64,000 bases of DNA, taken from Utricularia gibba (Eukaryota; Plantae; Magnoliophyta). The stretch spans positions 1,364,001 through 1,428,000 of the forward strand of contig NEEC01000008.1 of assembly GCA_002189035.1 (NCBI GenBank). The letters run 5' to 3'. The notes under the pieces were generated by a model. That model made no database searches, was not told where the DNA came from, and worked only from the letters and a program-made list of their open reading frames with translations. Positions 13,112 to 26,325 of this stretch are shown here, piece after piece; position 1 is the first letter of the stretch, and each line of letters opens with the position of its first letter. The translations under genes and the position numbers were made by a program.

Positions 13112-13511
13112 AATCTTGCCCATCAAAGATGGTGAAGTACACAGCTTTTGGACAATGTGACACTTGATGATTTAGACATTTGTATTCATCTGCTTAGGTT
13201 GTTCTGGGAAACTGACACAAGTTTCCCTGTAAGAGTTTCAACATTAGCAAACACAAAGCCTCCTGTGTTAGACTACTTTCCTTGAACCAATACCAAATCG
13301 CATGCTTCGAGAGTACAAGGTGTTTGAAACACTGAATCATAAACTGGTTTTAAGAGTTTCAAAATTTGTACCAGTGCAAACAAGCAGAACGAGAGACCTT
13401 AAGGAATTTTGTTTTGCAAAAAGCTTCTGAAGTAATAATATCCGAACAGAGTTGTCACCACATACGTGTTCTCATCAAAAGAGTAAAAGTATCGTCATCT
13501 ACACAACAACT

Positions 13512-14078
13512 TCAATTCCCAACAGTGGGAAGTAAAGCCATGAAGGAGTTGTAAGAGACATCCAATTCAAAGAGTCCATTGCCGTGCCTGCTTCCCCGTC
13601 AGCTCATCCAATCCATTCAATCATCTTTGCCTTGCCCTCGAAATCAGGTGGCAGCAGTGAAGGCTTATTGAGAGAACCTGAGAGATGAAACAACAGAGGC
13701 CGGACCTGATCAACTGCAACCATGTTTAGCTTTAGTGAGTCCATTGCCTTGATACAGTTCTGCACACATTCATCCACTATACCAGCTGATGCAGTGGACG
13801 GAACAGCAGCAGCCACGCTGTTTTCTACGGTGGCAGGAACACCAGATGTGATAAGGTGATTCAGGGCAGCAGGGCAGTCCATTTTATGTGTAATGGGAAT
13901 GGTGTCCTTCAACGTTGTTGAAAGGGCTTTGAAATGTGCAATTAGCTTCTGGCAGATTTCCAGAAAGGGAACATAAGCCCTCTCCAGCTTCCCTGCTGCC
14001 TTGATAATCGCAAAGAGCTCAGCAAAACTCTCATACATCTCTCCTTTCACGCTTGTCATTCCATAGCATAACCTCCAT
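13512..14078 (-). pseudogene. VPS28: VPS28 (ESCRT-I) pseudogene
   Basis: MEVMLWNDKRE, MYESFAELFAIIKA, MDSLKLNMVAVDQV, LPPDFEGK and SYNSFMALLP pieces; frameshift after codon 12, internal deletions and a premature TGA. Confidence 0.88.
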
Positions 14079-15954
14079 CTACATTAACTTAATTGGAGAA
14101 GAGCACGGGACACGCGCAAAGAGAACGGAAACCTAACCTGCAAATCAAATAACAGAAGCCCACAAAATTCACACATACGCTTTGTAAAGAAACACAAATC
14201 CACCCAGAAAATAAAACAATATAACCCATCGATAACAAAACAATCCATCAAACACATGCAAGACAAAAGCATCTATCAATCATTTCAAACATTCCTTCAA
14301 ATACATAATCCGAAATCAGCGTTACAGCATAAAAAAGGAGACGAATCTAAGCAGACAACCGCAAGCAAGCCCCAATTTGGAGACGAAAAACATACCTCTC
14401 GCTCAACACTCGGTCATGATTGGCGAAGAAGAAGGTTGGAAGATCAAACTAAAAACTTTAAAGGGAAGAATAATGAGTAAGACAAAAATATTAATATAAT
14501 ACGAGATGGCAAGGTCAGCTGGCGGCTTCGAATAATGGAACTGGGGAAGGTTGTGGCGGTAGGGGTGAAATGGGGATGCACCCTGAATTTGCGTGTGCAG
14601 TTTGCCAACGCCCACTTCTTCCTTCGTCTTCCTGGCGTTTCACTGCTGGTTGGTTTTGCCTCCCTTTTACCCCGATGGGACACTCCCCGACAGCGGACCC
14701 GGCGCCCAAGAGCCGCCTTCTGGCATTCTTCACTGGAGGTGGCCGAATACCCTATTTTTTTAAATTTGATTTGCAGTTTATCTTACTTTTATTAAAATTT
14801 TGAATAATAACAATTCTTTACGTTTGACTATATACTTATTTTTTTTAAATTTGATTTTAATAAAAACATCACATTATGTTAGATGAATTTTTTCAATTTA
14901 ATATTTATATTATTTAGGATTTAGAATTTAGAGATTAAAATTGACAAAATTATATAGATAGTTCATATTGTATTTTCCAATGGGTGAATTTTGTAGATAG
15001 CACTCCAAATTTTAAAATTGCATCATAGTTCTCTTAGCTTGTTTTTTTTGTAAAGAATTTACCTTTAAACTTATGAAATTGTATATTTAAATTCTCATAT
15101 TTAGAACTTCATTGTATTATTTTGACAATTATTTGAGTATTTATTGTATATTTATCCAATTATATATTAACTCCTGATTTTTGGATCTTCATTGCATATT
15201 TAATTTTATGTTTGATTCACTTTTTTAAAAATTTTAAAAATTGTTTAGATTTTAGTTGTATGATTTTGATAACTTTAAATGTTTTTTTATAATTTTGAAA
15301 CTTAGAGGTTAAATTTTTTATATTAACTAAAATTTAATATGTTGTTATTACAATTTTCTTATTTTTCAATTGATAAATTAATATTTATTGAAATTCAATA
15401 TCCAATAAATCGGACTAGCACACAATGATGTCTAAATACATAATAAATGTAGATCACAATAAAAAAAATTAGTATCAATCCATTAATTGTAATATGTAAT
15501 TTCTTATATATTTGATTATTTAACTTTTATTTTTCGATGTGGTATTGTATATTCTAACAATATTAATCTCTACTATTTTTCATTATATCTGATTTTAATT
15601 TTTAAAAATACCCAAATATCCTCCCCTCTCTACGTGCACTTGGGCATGGCTATTGGCCTTTGTCCCGTCGCCCCCCGCCTACACATGACCTACCACTCGT
15701 GCACAGGGAACGTGGGGCAGCTCCTCGTCCGGTGGTGGACAAGACAAGTGCAGTCGTGCATCCCATGGCTACAACCGGTTCATGACTACAAATCCATTAT
15801 ACTAATGAAGATTAAGCGTGTTATTTTTATCAAATAATAACAACTAAATTATCATTTTCACAACTTTCCCTGATCTTTGGGTTTGCCATTTAGAATTTAG
15901 AATTCAAAGATTAGTTTCTATGTTTTGGATTTGGGATTTTGAAATAAGATTAAA

Positions 15955-16305
15955 TTGTGTGTTGGTAGGTGATTTAAGATTTTGATAATATGATTTAGAC
16001 TGTATTTAAATCGATTTAGATGTTTTATAATTTGTGATGAAAATATATTTGGATGATGATTATAAATGATTGATTTCATATTTATTTAGAATTGAATGAA
16101 AAATAAAGGTAAATTAAGAATAAATATAGTATTTAATATATGATATCCTGTTTCTCCAATTTTTGATAAAACTGTATCTATGATTTTAATTTACTTTAAA
16201 TTGATTTTAAATTAAACTACAGATTTAATTTAAAGCTTCTTACCAAATGTATATATTAAATAAAACATACTTAAAAACCACTATTAAACTACCTATCAAA
16301 CACTA
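15955..16305. mobile_element. Possible degenerate MITE (PIF/Harbinger-like TIRs)
   Basis: GTGTTGGTAGGT on the left versus ACCTATCAAACAC on the right, with an AT-rich interior; TSD not clear. Confidence 0.3.
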
Positions 16306-17479
16306 AAATTTTAAACTTGTGTTTAGGGTTTCTAGGTTTTATTATTTCAAATTCAGACCATGTTTGATTGGGTGGTCTAGATGGGTTTCTATGTTTCAGG
16401 CGGTAAAAATAAACTCGTATATTGTCTATATACCCATAGGGAACTCGTCAAGCTGTATTTTCACTAAACCCCGGGAGGTGATCGATTTAACTAAACAAGA
16501 GGCATTGCTTCCAATTTTATCTTCATCCTCATGTAAATTTGAACATAGGTCTACTAGAAACAAGATGAAAGCATCAAAAATCTAGATTTATCTAACAATG
16601 AAGATGAACACAAAGATAAAGATGAAAATTCTAATACCATGTTTATTATTATGGGTTTTCGTTTTTTTTTGGTAAATGTGATTTTTCGTTTTGAAGACGA
16701 GAATCGCGTCTATTATTATATGGTACTTGCTGTAAAATATGAGTTTTCGTTTTGAAGTCGAGCATCGCGTATATTATACATAATGCTTATTATAAAATAA
16801 ATTTCAACTAATTACCGTGATTTATATTATACGTTACTCGATTAAATTTATAAAATGATATAAAAAACTAAAATATATGATAATTTATTTTAATTAACTA
16901 AAGGATATATTGATAATTTTGTATATACATTTATCATATATTTAATTTTATATCCATACATCAAACGTGTTTTACTCCTAAATCCAAATAAATTAAACAC
17001 ATCAATCAAATACGAATAATGTTGTAAACGTATAAAATCTATTTACCTAAATCCAAGTAAACTAAATCCGAGTTTTAGTGTTACCCACTAATCAAATGTG
17101 GCCTTAGGGTTTATGATTTAAATTTTCTGATTAAGGTTGTAGGTTTGAAACAATATTTTAATTTTTTATGAGATATTTTTCAGAGTACAGTCAAACATAT
17201 TTTTTTAAAACAAAATTAAATTTAATTTATTTGAAAATCATTCAATGCTTTGTAAGGCATTTAACCAACTAAAATCTAAATTGATTAATACGAATTATGC
17301 ATTAGTTTGGGCGGGGTAAAGGAGGCCCAATTACGCTGCATTTTATATTCTTCCGTACTGGCAATTATCCTTTATTGGCCGGGGTGGTGGTTGAATACAA
17401 TAGCGTAATCGTGTGAAATTAGGGTTTCTCCAGCGCGATTTGTTTCTCCTGATTCCGGCCAGAATCTGGGGTTTCGAAG

Positions 17480-20400
17480 ATGATGCAGCCAGCGTCCTCT
17501 ATGGTTCCACCGCCGCAGTACCAGCAACAGCCTCCGCAGCAATGGATGCAGCAGCCTTCGCAACCGCAGTATCAGGTTCCGCAGCCTCAGATGCCACCAT
17601 CCGCGGGGTACTACTATCAACAGCCTCCTCCTCAGGCTCCTATGGGTGCGGCTCCACCCCAGCATTATGGGGTCGGGCAGACGGGCCAGGTTCAAATGAT
17701 GGATGATGGGATTCGGAGTTTGTGGATCGGGGATCTGCAGTATTGGATGGACGAACAGTATTTGTATAATTGTTTCGCTGCCACTGGAGAGGTTCCATTT
17801 CCCACCATCTATATTTTTACCGTATTCCATTTCTAGCTCCTGGAGATGTTGGCCAGGGACTAAAATTTCATCTTTAGTCGTCTTGGTTTATTGTTTTATT
17901 TACGTTTTTTCCTTCTGTTTCAGTTTTTTTGAGGAATTATTGTTGAATTGGTCCGTGTGTGGGTGTGTTTTTGATGCAGTTTCCCTCTGGGGGGGGGGGG
18001 GGATTGGCTAGTTAGGAAAATCGAGTTTTTTGTGCTTAGGAACATTTACGTTCCTCTAGATCATCTCTATCTCTTTTTCGTTTCTGTAGGTTGTTTCCGC
18101 AAAAGTAATTCGTAACAGGCAATCCGGCCAATCAGAGGGTTATGGGTTTATTGAATTCGTCAGTCACGCAGCTGCTGAAAAGAATCTGCAAGCATACAAT
18201 GGTACCCTGATGCCAAATGTTGAGCAAACTTTCCGTATGAATTGGGCATCAATGGGTGCTGGTGAAAAACGTGATGATGGACCTGAGTACACAATTTTTG
18301 TTGGAGACTTGGCCGCTGATGTTACTGATTATATGCTTCAGGAGACCTTTAGGGCCATCTATCAGTCAGTTAAGGGTGCAAAGGTCGTAACAGATAGAAT
18401 AACAGGCCGTACAAAAGGCTATGGGTTTGTGAAGTTTGGCGATGAAAGTGAACAGATACGTGCAATGAGTGAGATGAATGGTAGATTTTGTTCCACTAGG
18501 CCGATGAGGATTGGTGTTGCTGCAAACAAGCAAAAAGGGACTGCTCAGGCTGCTGGTGGTGAGTCATTGGAACATGTTACTTGAGGTTCCCTTTAAACTG
18601 ATGCTATGATTTACTAACTTGGCAGTTTCAGTGATTGGTTGTTTTTTTAATATTCGTGTTGGTAAATGCAATAAGTTGCTTTGTTTGTGCTCGTGAAGAT
18701 GAACACCTTTCTAGAGTCACTACCTTCCTGTACCTTCAAATTTAGGCTTAAAAATGCTTAATCTACACAATCTTATAAAAAACTCCGGTTGTATCAAAAC
18801 AGGCGCCGGGGGGCTCTCATCTATGGGCCTGGAGCTGAATTCACCTGAAATGATAACCTTTAAATCCGTGATTGTGTGTAGGTCAGTCCATTTAATGCGT
18901 TTATTTGGGTTTTGGGCCATTAATATTTCTCTAATTTTTATGTTTTTACATTCAGTCCTTTTACCCGCTCCAGATTTACATTCATTAATCCCACGTTCTT
19001 CTAAGTTCCGCGTTCCCCCCGTTTTCCTTTGTGCATTACATATCCTTCTTTCCTTTCCGTGGCATTTAAGTATTGTACAACAATCTTATCATTCAGAACA
19101 GTGATATGTTTAAGTTCTGCCGGAAATGGGATGTCCATGATCGTTGACTCTGATGGTTCCTATTCTATTTTAAATTCATGCCATTTTGCCTTTCACTTCA
19201 GCCCCTTATAGTTTTTTTATCAATATAACGTAGTGTGTTTCCAGTTTCCAAATCCTAGCATCTTGCGGTGAACATAAGTCTGACACTGATCACCTCTTGT
19301 CAAATGAATCTGATTTCTTTTTTTTTTTTCTACATGGAGCTCTTCGCCATTTTTTTGCTGCTATCTTTTTTTTTGAATAGTTTAATTGCTTCTTGATGCT
19401 TAAGAAATTAATAGCATCAGCATTTTTTTGTCAGTTGTATCACTAAAAATATCCTTCTAGGTTGTGATTGTGATACTGTGTTAAATTTCTTTGTTGAAGC
19501 TTCATATTGCGTGTAAATTTCATTATGGATAGTCGTGCGCCAGTTTCCTGTTTTTATTGTATCTTCAGTGAGTTTGCCAGTTCCTCTTATAATTTAATGT
19601 ATCGAGTGCAGCAACCTCTTACCAAACTTCCCAAGGTGCCCCTGCTGAGGATGACCCCACTAACACAACTGTTAGTATCTAGGGTAGTCTGTTATTGAGG
19701 AATAAAGGACTTTCTGAGCTAATTATGTTTTTACTTCAGATATTTGTTGGGAATTTGGATTCCAATGTCACCGATGATCATCTGAGGCAGGTATTTGGGC
19801 AATATGGCCAGTTGCTTCATGTGAAAATACCTGTTGGTAAACGCTGTGGGTTTGTACAATTTGCTGATAGGTGAGGTTGGATAGAAAGTGACATTTACAA
19901 GTGAATTTGAGCTAAATGCGATGTTTTTTTTTTGTGACTTCATTATGGCAGAAGCTGTGCTGAAGAAGCTTTGCGGATGTTAAATGGCACCCCATTGGGA
20001 GGGCAGAGCATCAGACTCTCTTGGGGCCGTAGTCCTTCCAACAAGCAGGTTTGCCATCATTATTCTGTATACTTTCTTGCGATTCAGGAAATAAATTCCT
20101 TGGAGCTATTTTTGGTTCGATTCTGATCTTCCAGCCTCAGGCTGATCAAGACCAATGGAGTGGTGCATATTATGGTTACCCCAAGCATATGATGCCTATG
20201 GATATGGGTCGGCCCCACAAGACCCAAATATGTACTACTCTGGCTACCCTGGATACGGCAACTATGCGCCACCTCCACAACATGGGCAGCAGATGTTTCC
20301 TCAGCAGCCTCAGGTATGTGATGATACCATCTGTCACGCGCAATGCATAAACTCCATGAGAACGTGCTTTTTTTCTTTATTGGCTTTGCTCTTCAGTGGC

Positions 20401-20481
20401 TCTTTGATTTGTTCCATATTATTCAAACTTGCAGCTGGGTCCGTTGTCCCTTTCTTGATTCCCCATTTTTCTTTTCAGTGA
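17480..20481 (+). CDS. RBP45: Polyadenylate-binding protein RBP45/RBP47 family (3 RRMs); 7 exons, the last containing only the stop codon
   Basis: Q/P-rich N-terminus; RSLWIGDLQYWMDE, TIFVGDLAADVTD, TKGYGFVKF and GKRCGFVQF; apparent 1-bp deletion at 20179-20182. Confidence 0.93.
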
Positions 20482-21385
20482 GCTGAGAGTATTTCATCTG
20501 CCGGGCTTGTAGTTTCCTGGTCAAGCTCTCGATTTGGGGTATCCTGAAAGCATGGTGCCGTTTGTTGATGAGCATCAGTAGGGATATTTAACCGAAACTT
20601 TTCTTTACTGTCCCCCGTTATGCTTTGCTATCTTTAATACTTTCCTTGCTGTTTGTTTCTGGTTTTTCTTTCCTGTCGCTTGTCTTGTGCTACTTAATCA
20701 TCTCCCTAATGCTACTTAATCTCCCGAATGCGCACTCCAAAAACTCTATTACTAGCTACACGTTGCAATGTGTTTAGGGATGATGGTGCGGTTTCACATC
20801 CAAATGGGCATTTTTTTAATCTTGGCGCCTCCGGTCCAGTTGACCCTTTTTTCAAAAGGACAAAGTTTCCTATGGAAATTCATCGAGCAGTCACACTCTG
20901 GCGAACGTCATTGTTCACGCCATGACTCATAATTCAAAGCTCTTTGAACTCTAATCTACAACTGGTTTTAGTCGTCATAAAAAAACACAAGGCAAAGAAT
21001 TTTCAAAAGAGTGGTGAACCTGCATGATGATGCATGCGACCCTGTGTTGTGAAACCGTGTAACTATCTGGTAATAGTCCATCTGTGATCATGCGAGAGGG
21101 GATGTATTTGAATAAAGAAACATCGATCTTAATTCATTATTTATCATATGTATTATTTAATATCAAATAATCTTTAAAACTATAATTTAAAAACCAATGT
21201 TTGAAAACGGTTACCAGACCCCATCACAAAAGCATTGAAATGAACCAATTGGAGATGCCCTGAAGCTATCATAAGTCAAAGTTGATGTGCTTGGTACTGC
21301 CCAATTTTGTGTGAGCGCCACATGCACACGGTGTTTGCTTATAAATGGGGCATCCGTTGCAACCATTTCTCTGCGCCAGAGCGTC

Positions 21386-21712
21386 ATGTCGTCTATGAGA
21401 AACGCGTACGCTTATTCGAGGATCACAGATGATGACGAGGAGGCGAAGCGTGCCAAGACCCAGAGGCTGATCTGCAAGATCATGAAACAAGCAGATGAGC
21501 TGAGCCGGCCGTCGTGGCTGCGAGTGAAGGTGGTTAAGCTCAAGTTTAGAGTCGGCAAGAGGCTCAAGAAGCTGAGGAGAAGAGCTCCGTTTCTGAGTAA
21601 AGTTGGTTTCTTTAAGCAAATGGCGGTTTTGTTGAGATCCTGGGGGCCTGCTCTTCAGGGGCGGCGTGGAAACCCAGCGGGCTGGATTGCCGGCGGGTTC
21701 GAGGTCAGTTGA
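21386..21712 (+). CDS. Uncharacterised small basic plant protein (108 aa)
   Basis: TATAAAT about 45 bp upstream; YSRITDDDEEAKRAKTQRLICKIMKQAD..PSWLRVKVVKLKFRVGKRLKKLRR resembles a conserved unknown-function plant family. Confidence 0.75.
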   Translation: MSSMRNAYAYSRITDDDEEAKRAKTQRLICKIMKQADELSRPSWLRVKVVKLKFRVGKRLKKLRRRAPFLSKVGFFKQMAVLLRSWGPALQGRRGNPAGWIAGGFEVS

Positions 21713-22365
21713 TTTTTGTTGGAATCGTTGCTTCCGTAGGTTTTAAGCATCCCGGTTTCATAGTTGTAAGAACTGGAGCGAGATGGTGAACGCGCAGCAA
21801 AGAAAGAAGGGGAATGCATAACTTCGCTAACTTCAGTGGAAGAAAGTTCAGTGGACCCCTGAAGAAGTCTGGGGAAGACGTTATCGGAATATTTCGACTG
21901 CTAAAGGTTGAACCTTGCGGAGATGAGGGCGTGTTAGAGGCCATGTTTCAGAGCAGGGCCACCAGAAACCGCCTACGCAATCCCAGCCGCATTGCCACCA
22001 GCTGCCGCCGCCACCAGATCCTCAGCCTACCCTGCAACCCCAATACCCGTTAAGGAGTACGACGCTTCTTTGTTTATCTTTATCTGGTTGTTTGCATCGT
22101 TTTCAGAGAAAGGGTGTATCTGCTATGTTTGTGGTTCTACACTTCCTTCAAAGACGGAGCATGTGAATTCTGTGCTGTTATTGTATAGGAGAGAACATGA
22201 TAAATCAAGAAGGATCCCTGGTGCATAATTAACCGATTATTACACAATTACAAAAGTTAACTGCAGTACCAGAAGAACATGAAACAACAGCAGAAGCACA
22301 CACAGGTGAACGACAAGCAGAAGCACGCAGAATCTGACAGTGCACACAGAAGAACCAGGGGGCGA

Positions 22366-23677
22366 TCAATGGAGCTTATTAGCAACATTGCACTGCTTTC
22401 TGATCTCACCCTTGGTCCCTGTCAGAGGGTTGTTCTCGGACAGAAGAGTAATGGCTCGAGCAAATTCCTTGAAGAAATAGTTCTGGTTCTTGGCCATTTT
22501 CTTCACAAATGGCTTGGTCCTTTTGTCGGTAGCCAACTGATGATCAACGATCAGCAATCCCTTGTTATCCAATATGTTTCTGTAGTAGTTGTTGTCAAGT
22601 TTCATAGGAGTGCCTCTATCATTCCTCACATACTGCACCGCCTTGGGGTCCGGGATCGGGTCCGGACACTTGTAGAGCATATGGTCCACATGGTCTGGGT
22701 TCAGGGCCGGGTCGACTTCCGGGTAGAGACGATGAACCAGCTTCACACAGTGGGTTCTGCCGACACTGTGAGCACCTGCATTTCACATGAACAGGCAACG
22801 AATCAGAACTCTACCACTCATTTGAAAGTAATGAGTGTGTTTTGAGAGCAACAGATGTAGACAGTTGTGTACCGAGCAAAGCAACCACTCCGGAAGTGTC
22901 AATTCCAATGCTGGCAAATCTATCAAGAACAACGCTCATGCTCTCATTGTGATCAGGCAAGTATTGCTCAAGCACATTGGCCCTACTCTTCCTCCCATCT
23001 CTTCTTCCTGTCCTCAAAGGGATATATGGCCCTCCAAGCTGAGGAATAGACAAAAAAAGGAGTCATAGATGAGGAGTTATCTACACATCCACAAAAAGAT
23101 AAGACATTTATTGAGGAAGAAGAGATAAAGTGAGATCTGGGAATGAGGTGACAGCAAAATTGAAGGACCCAGATGGAAGAATGAACTCACGGAAACAATC
23201 CCATCTCTTGCCGACAAAACAAGGATATCTGCGCAAGAAACAACACCAGGGCATTCCCTCTCCAGAGCTTCTTTAATCGCTTCAATGTACCTAAAATTTC
23301 TCATCCCAAAGCTCCTATCCGTCTCCTTCTCCGACAACACTCTCCTCGTCGAATCCAGCAAGAGCGACGCATCGCAGGACTAGTGTAAACAAAAAAGACC
23401 CACTAAAAATCACAGGAAATCACACACTACTTCCATTCCCAAAACAACAACAACGTACCTCAACAGCACAGTCATGGAAAATGTTCCTGAGCCAAGAAAA
23501 CGCAGTGTTCTTGTGACGCTTATAGAGAAGCTGGACCTGCTCACGAATGATATCCTCAGCTTGCGGACATGAATCCTTGTAGTAATTCATGACAAGACCG
23601 GATTTTTCCTCATCTTCCGCAGCGCTGGCGAAGGCTGAGAGACAGAGAACAGCGAGGAAGATAAGGGCCCTCTTCAT
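22366..23677 (-). CDS. PER42: Class III peroxidase 42 (PRXR1 type); 4 exons
   Basis: Signal peptide; RHKNTAFSWLRNIFHDC, SCDASLLLDS, VVSCADILVLSARDG, GAHSVGRTHC and EIRKQCNVANKLH. Confidence 0.96.
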
Positions 23678-25053
23678 TGTGCCGGTGTCTGCTATCTTCA
23701 CATGGCCTCCCCACTCCTGCATATAAAGAACGAATGAGTGTACTACCAGTGGATCCATCATACGGTAGGTGGCATCAATTACCCTCTATTTCAATTAAAA
23801 TAAAAAAGAATATTTCCCTCGTTATTTTTTCCTTTTCTTTTTCTTTTTGTGAACGAGAAAATAAAAACTATAAAATTTTTGGAAACTGTTTTTACTTTTG
23901 AAAAAGTAAAAAGTAGAATTATAAATAGTTTTATAAAAGTAAAAATATAAAATATTTGTTCTAGAAAACTATAAAAAAAAATCTGTAGAAATACTTTTAA
24001 AATATTGAATGTTCTAAAAATATATATTTTTACAGTTAAAATGCTTTGTTTAAATATGAAAAAATATTTTTGTGGGAAAAATATGGAATATGGAAAAATA
24101 TTTTTGTGGATTTGTCTTGAAAAATATATTTTTGATATAAATAGAAGTAAAAATAAGTGGTTTTCTTAATTAAAATTAATTTTAGTTTTACAAAAATAAA
24201 AATACATTATAAAAATTATGAACAGCAAAAGGCGGCAGTGGGTGGATCGTCGGTCCATTATTATTTCTATTATTACAAGAGTCGGACACGTCGGCATCAT
24301 CCTCCGCTGGTTTTGTCGCTTTTGATCAACATTTTATCTGAATTCAATTTTTAAATTGAAATAAATAAGATTTTGAATAAAATCGTCTTAGAAAATTAAA
24401 TATTAGATTAAAGCGATGGCCCCATTTATCCCCTTATCTAATTTACCTCGTTTGATAAGATATGCAATATTATTTTATTTTAAATAACACTTATTAATTA
24501 TATATTTATTAAAAAATTAATATTTAGTGTTAGAAATTAGGTCGATCAATTTTATTATCTAAGCTTATATTCATAATGAAATATAAATCTATTTATTAAA
24601 TAGATTTAATTAATCCCATGTTAATGAAGTACATTATTATTATTATTATTTTTAATCATATTTTAATTAAAAAATCATGAGATTTCTGTCCGTACGGTGA
24701 GTGGAGGTGGAGCGGGGGGTGGGGTGGAGTGCGCGTGACGGTGGGGTAATCAACACTTTCGTGGATGCCTCTGGTCGATCACGTGCATCCGTTCTCCGTG
24801 GCTTTTTAAAAGATAAATGATTTTTAAAAAGAAATTTTTTTTTTATTAATATTAATGCGTAATCCACAAATTTTGATGAGATATTTTAATGAAGGGAAAA
24901 TATTAAAATATTTTAGGGGATTATGTAATATAATCATGATTATGTGAAAATGAATCTCCTGTTAAAGGGCGCTGCGTGTTGGAGCCACGTATGAAATCCC
25001 TCCCAATTGGAATTCCTGATTTCTAGGGTTTGCGATCTCTTGAATCGTGAAGG

Positions 25054-26325
25054 ATGCCTCAGAGGCACTCCAAGAACAACAATGATCTTGCGATTTTCAC
25101 GTATGATGAGAAGCGGAAGCTCGGGTACGGCACGCAGAAGGAGAGGCTCGGGAAAGACTCGGTAAAGCCCTTCGACGCCTGCTGCCTCTGCTTGAAGCCT
25201 TTCATCGATCCTATGTCTTGTCAGAAGGGACATGTGTTTTGTAAAGAGTGCATTCTCGAGTGTCTGTTGGCGCAGAAGAAGGATATTTCAAGGTTGATTT
25301 TTTTTTTTTTTTTTTTGGTGTAGCCCTTGATTCATTCATTATTCTGCTTGATTACGGATGTGGGCGATGTTCTTTTCCTTGTAAGAATCAAGTGCTCTGC
25401 CCCTCTACTCGTTCTGCTGAACATTTCCGTGCCGTTGGGTGTTGATGGTGGCTTCTCCTTTGAATTTCCTTTTCTGTCTTGGTTTGTTTTCCCATTCTCT
25501 GAGTGTGTGTGTGTGCGCTATTTGTCTTTACGTGATCAACCAAATTAGACTTTTATTTGTGTTCTCGTTGTAATCTCACCCGTTTCTGGATCGGGAGGCG
25601 TGTGGTGGAAGCTAAAACCAGTTGTGAAACTTTTACCTTTTGTGAACAGAAAGCAAGCGGCCTACGCAGCACAGCAGAAAATGGAAAAGGAAGAGGAGGA
25701 GGAGAAGCTACTGGAGCAGAAAGCTCGAGAAATTGATGCGTTTGATCAGCAGAACCATGGAGCTGTTCCACAGTACAACGATAGAAACTTCACCAGAGAC
25801 AAGAATGGTTTCCATGGTGCAAACAGTGTAAAGACAACCTCCTTTGAAGCAGAAGCCCTTCGCACCATGAAAGCATTTTGGTTGCCTTCTGCGACACCCG
25901 ATGCTCCCAAAAGAGTTGAACTTCCAGCATCAGATACAGTGTGCCCTGAAGGAAAGGAGAAACTTAGGCTCAAAACTCTTTTTCCTGTTCATTTCATTGA
26001 AGACGCTTATGAACGGAAGGCATCAAGTCCTCTTGACAAGAGCTATATATGCCCAAGCTGCAAGGTTACAATGACAAATACACTCTCATTGATCGCCCTG
26101 AGCTCTTGTGGACATGTTTTCTGCAAAAAATGCGCCGACAAGTTCGTGTCGGTGGATAAGGTGTGTCTGGTATGCAACAAAGCATGCAAAGAGAGGCACA
26201 TCGTCAGTTTACAGAAGGGTGGAACTGGTTTCGCAGGCCATGGAGATAATCTTGAAGCTAAAGATTTTAAGCATCTGGGGAGCGGATCTGGTCTTGGTCT
26301 TGTCAGACCCGCAATGAAGACATGA
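25054..26325 (+). CDS. NOSIP: Nitric oxide synthase-interacting protein homologue (NOSIP/CSU1), RING-type E3 ligase; 2 exons
   Basis: MPQRHSKNNNDLAIFTYDEKRKLGYGTQKERLGKDS, CCLCLKPFIDP, C-terminal RING CPSC..CGHVFCKKC..CLVC and GGTGFAGHG. Confidence 0.95.

Noticed and set aside
14444-14803. GC-rich island with short ORFs in several frames
   Set aside because: No recognisable family, splice pattern or start context; probably promoter or TE remnant
15634-15837. GC-rich island with a 67-aa ORF in AT-rich DNA
   Set aside because: No recognisable motif; possibly a TE fragment, but no termini found
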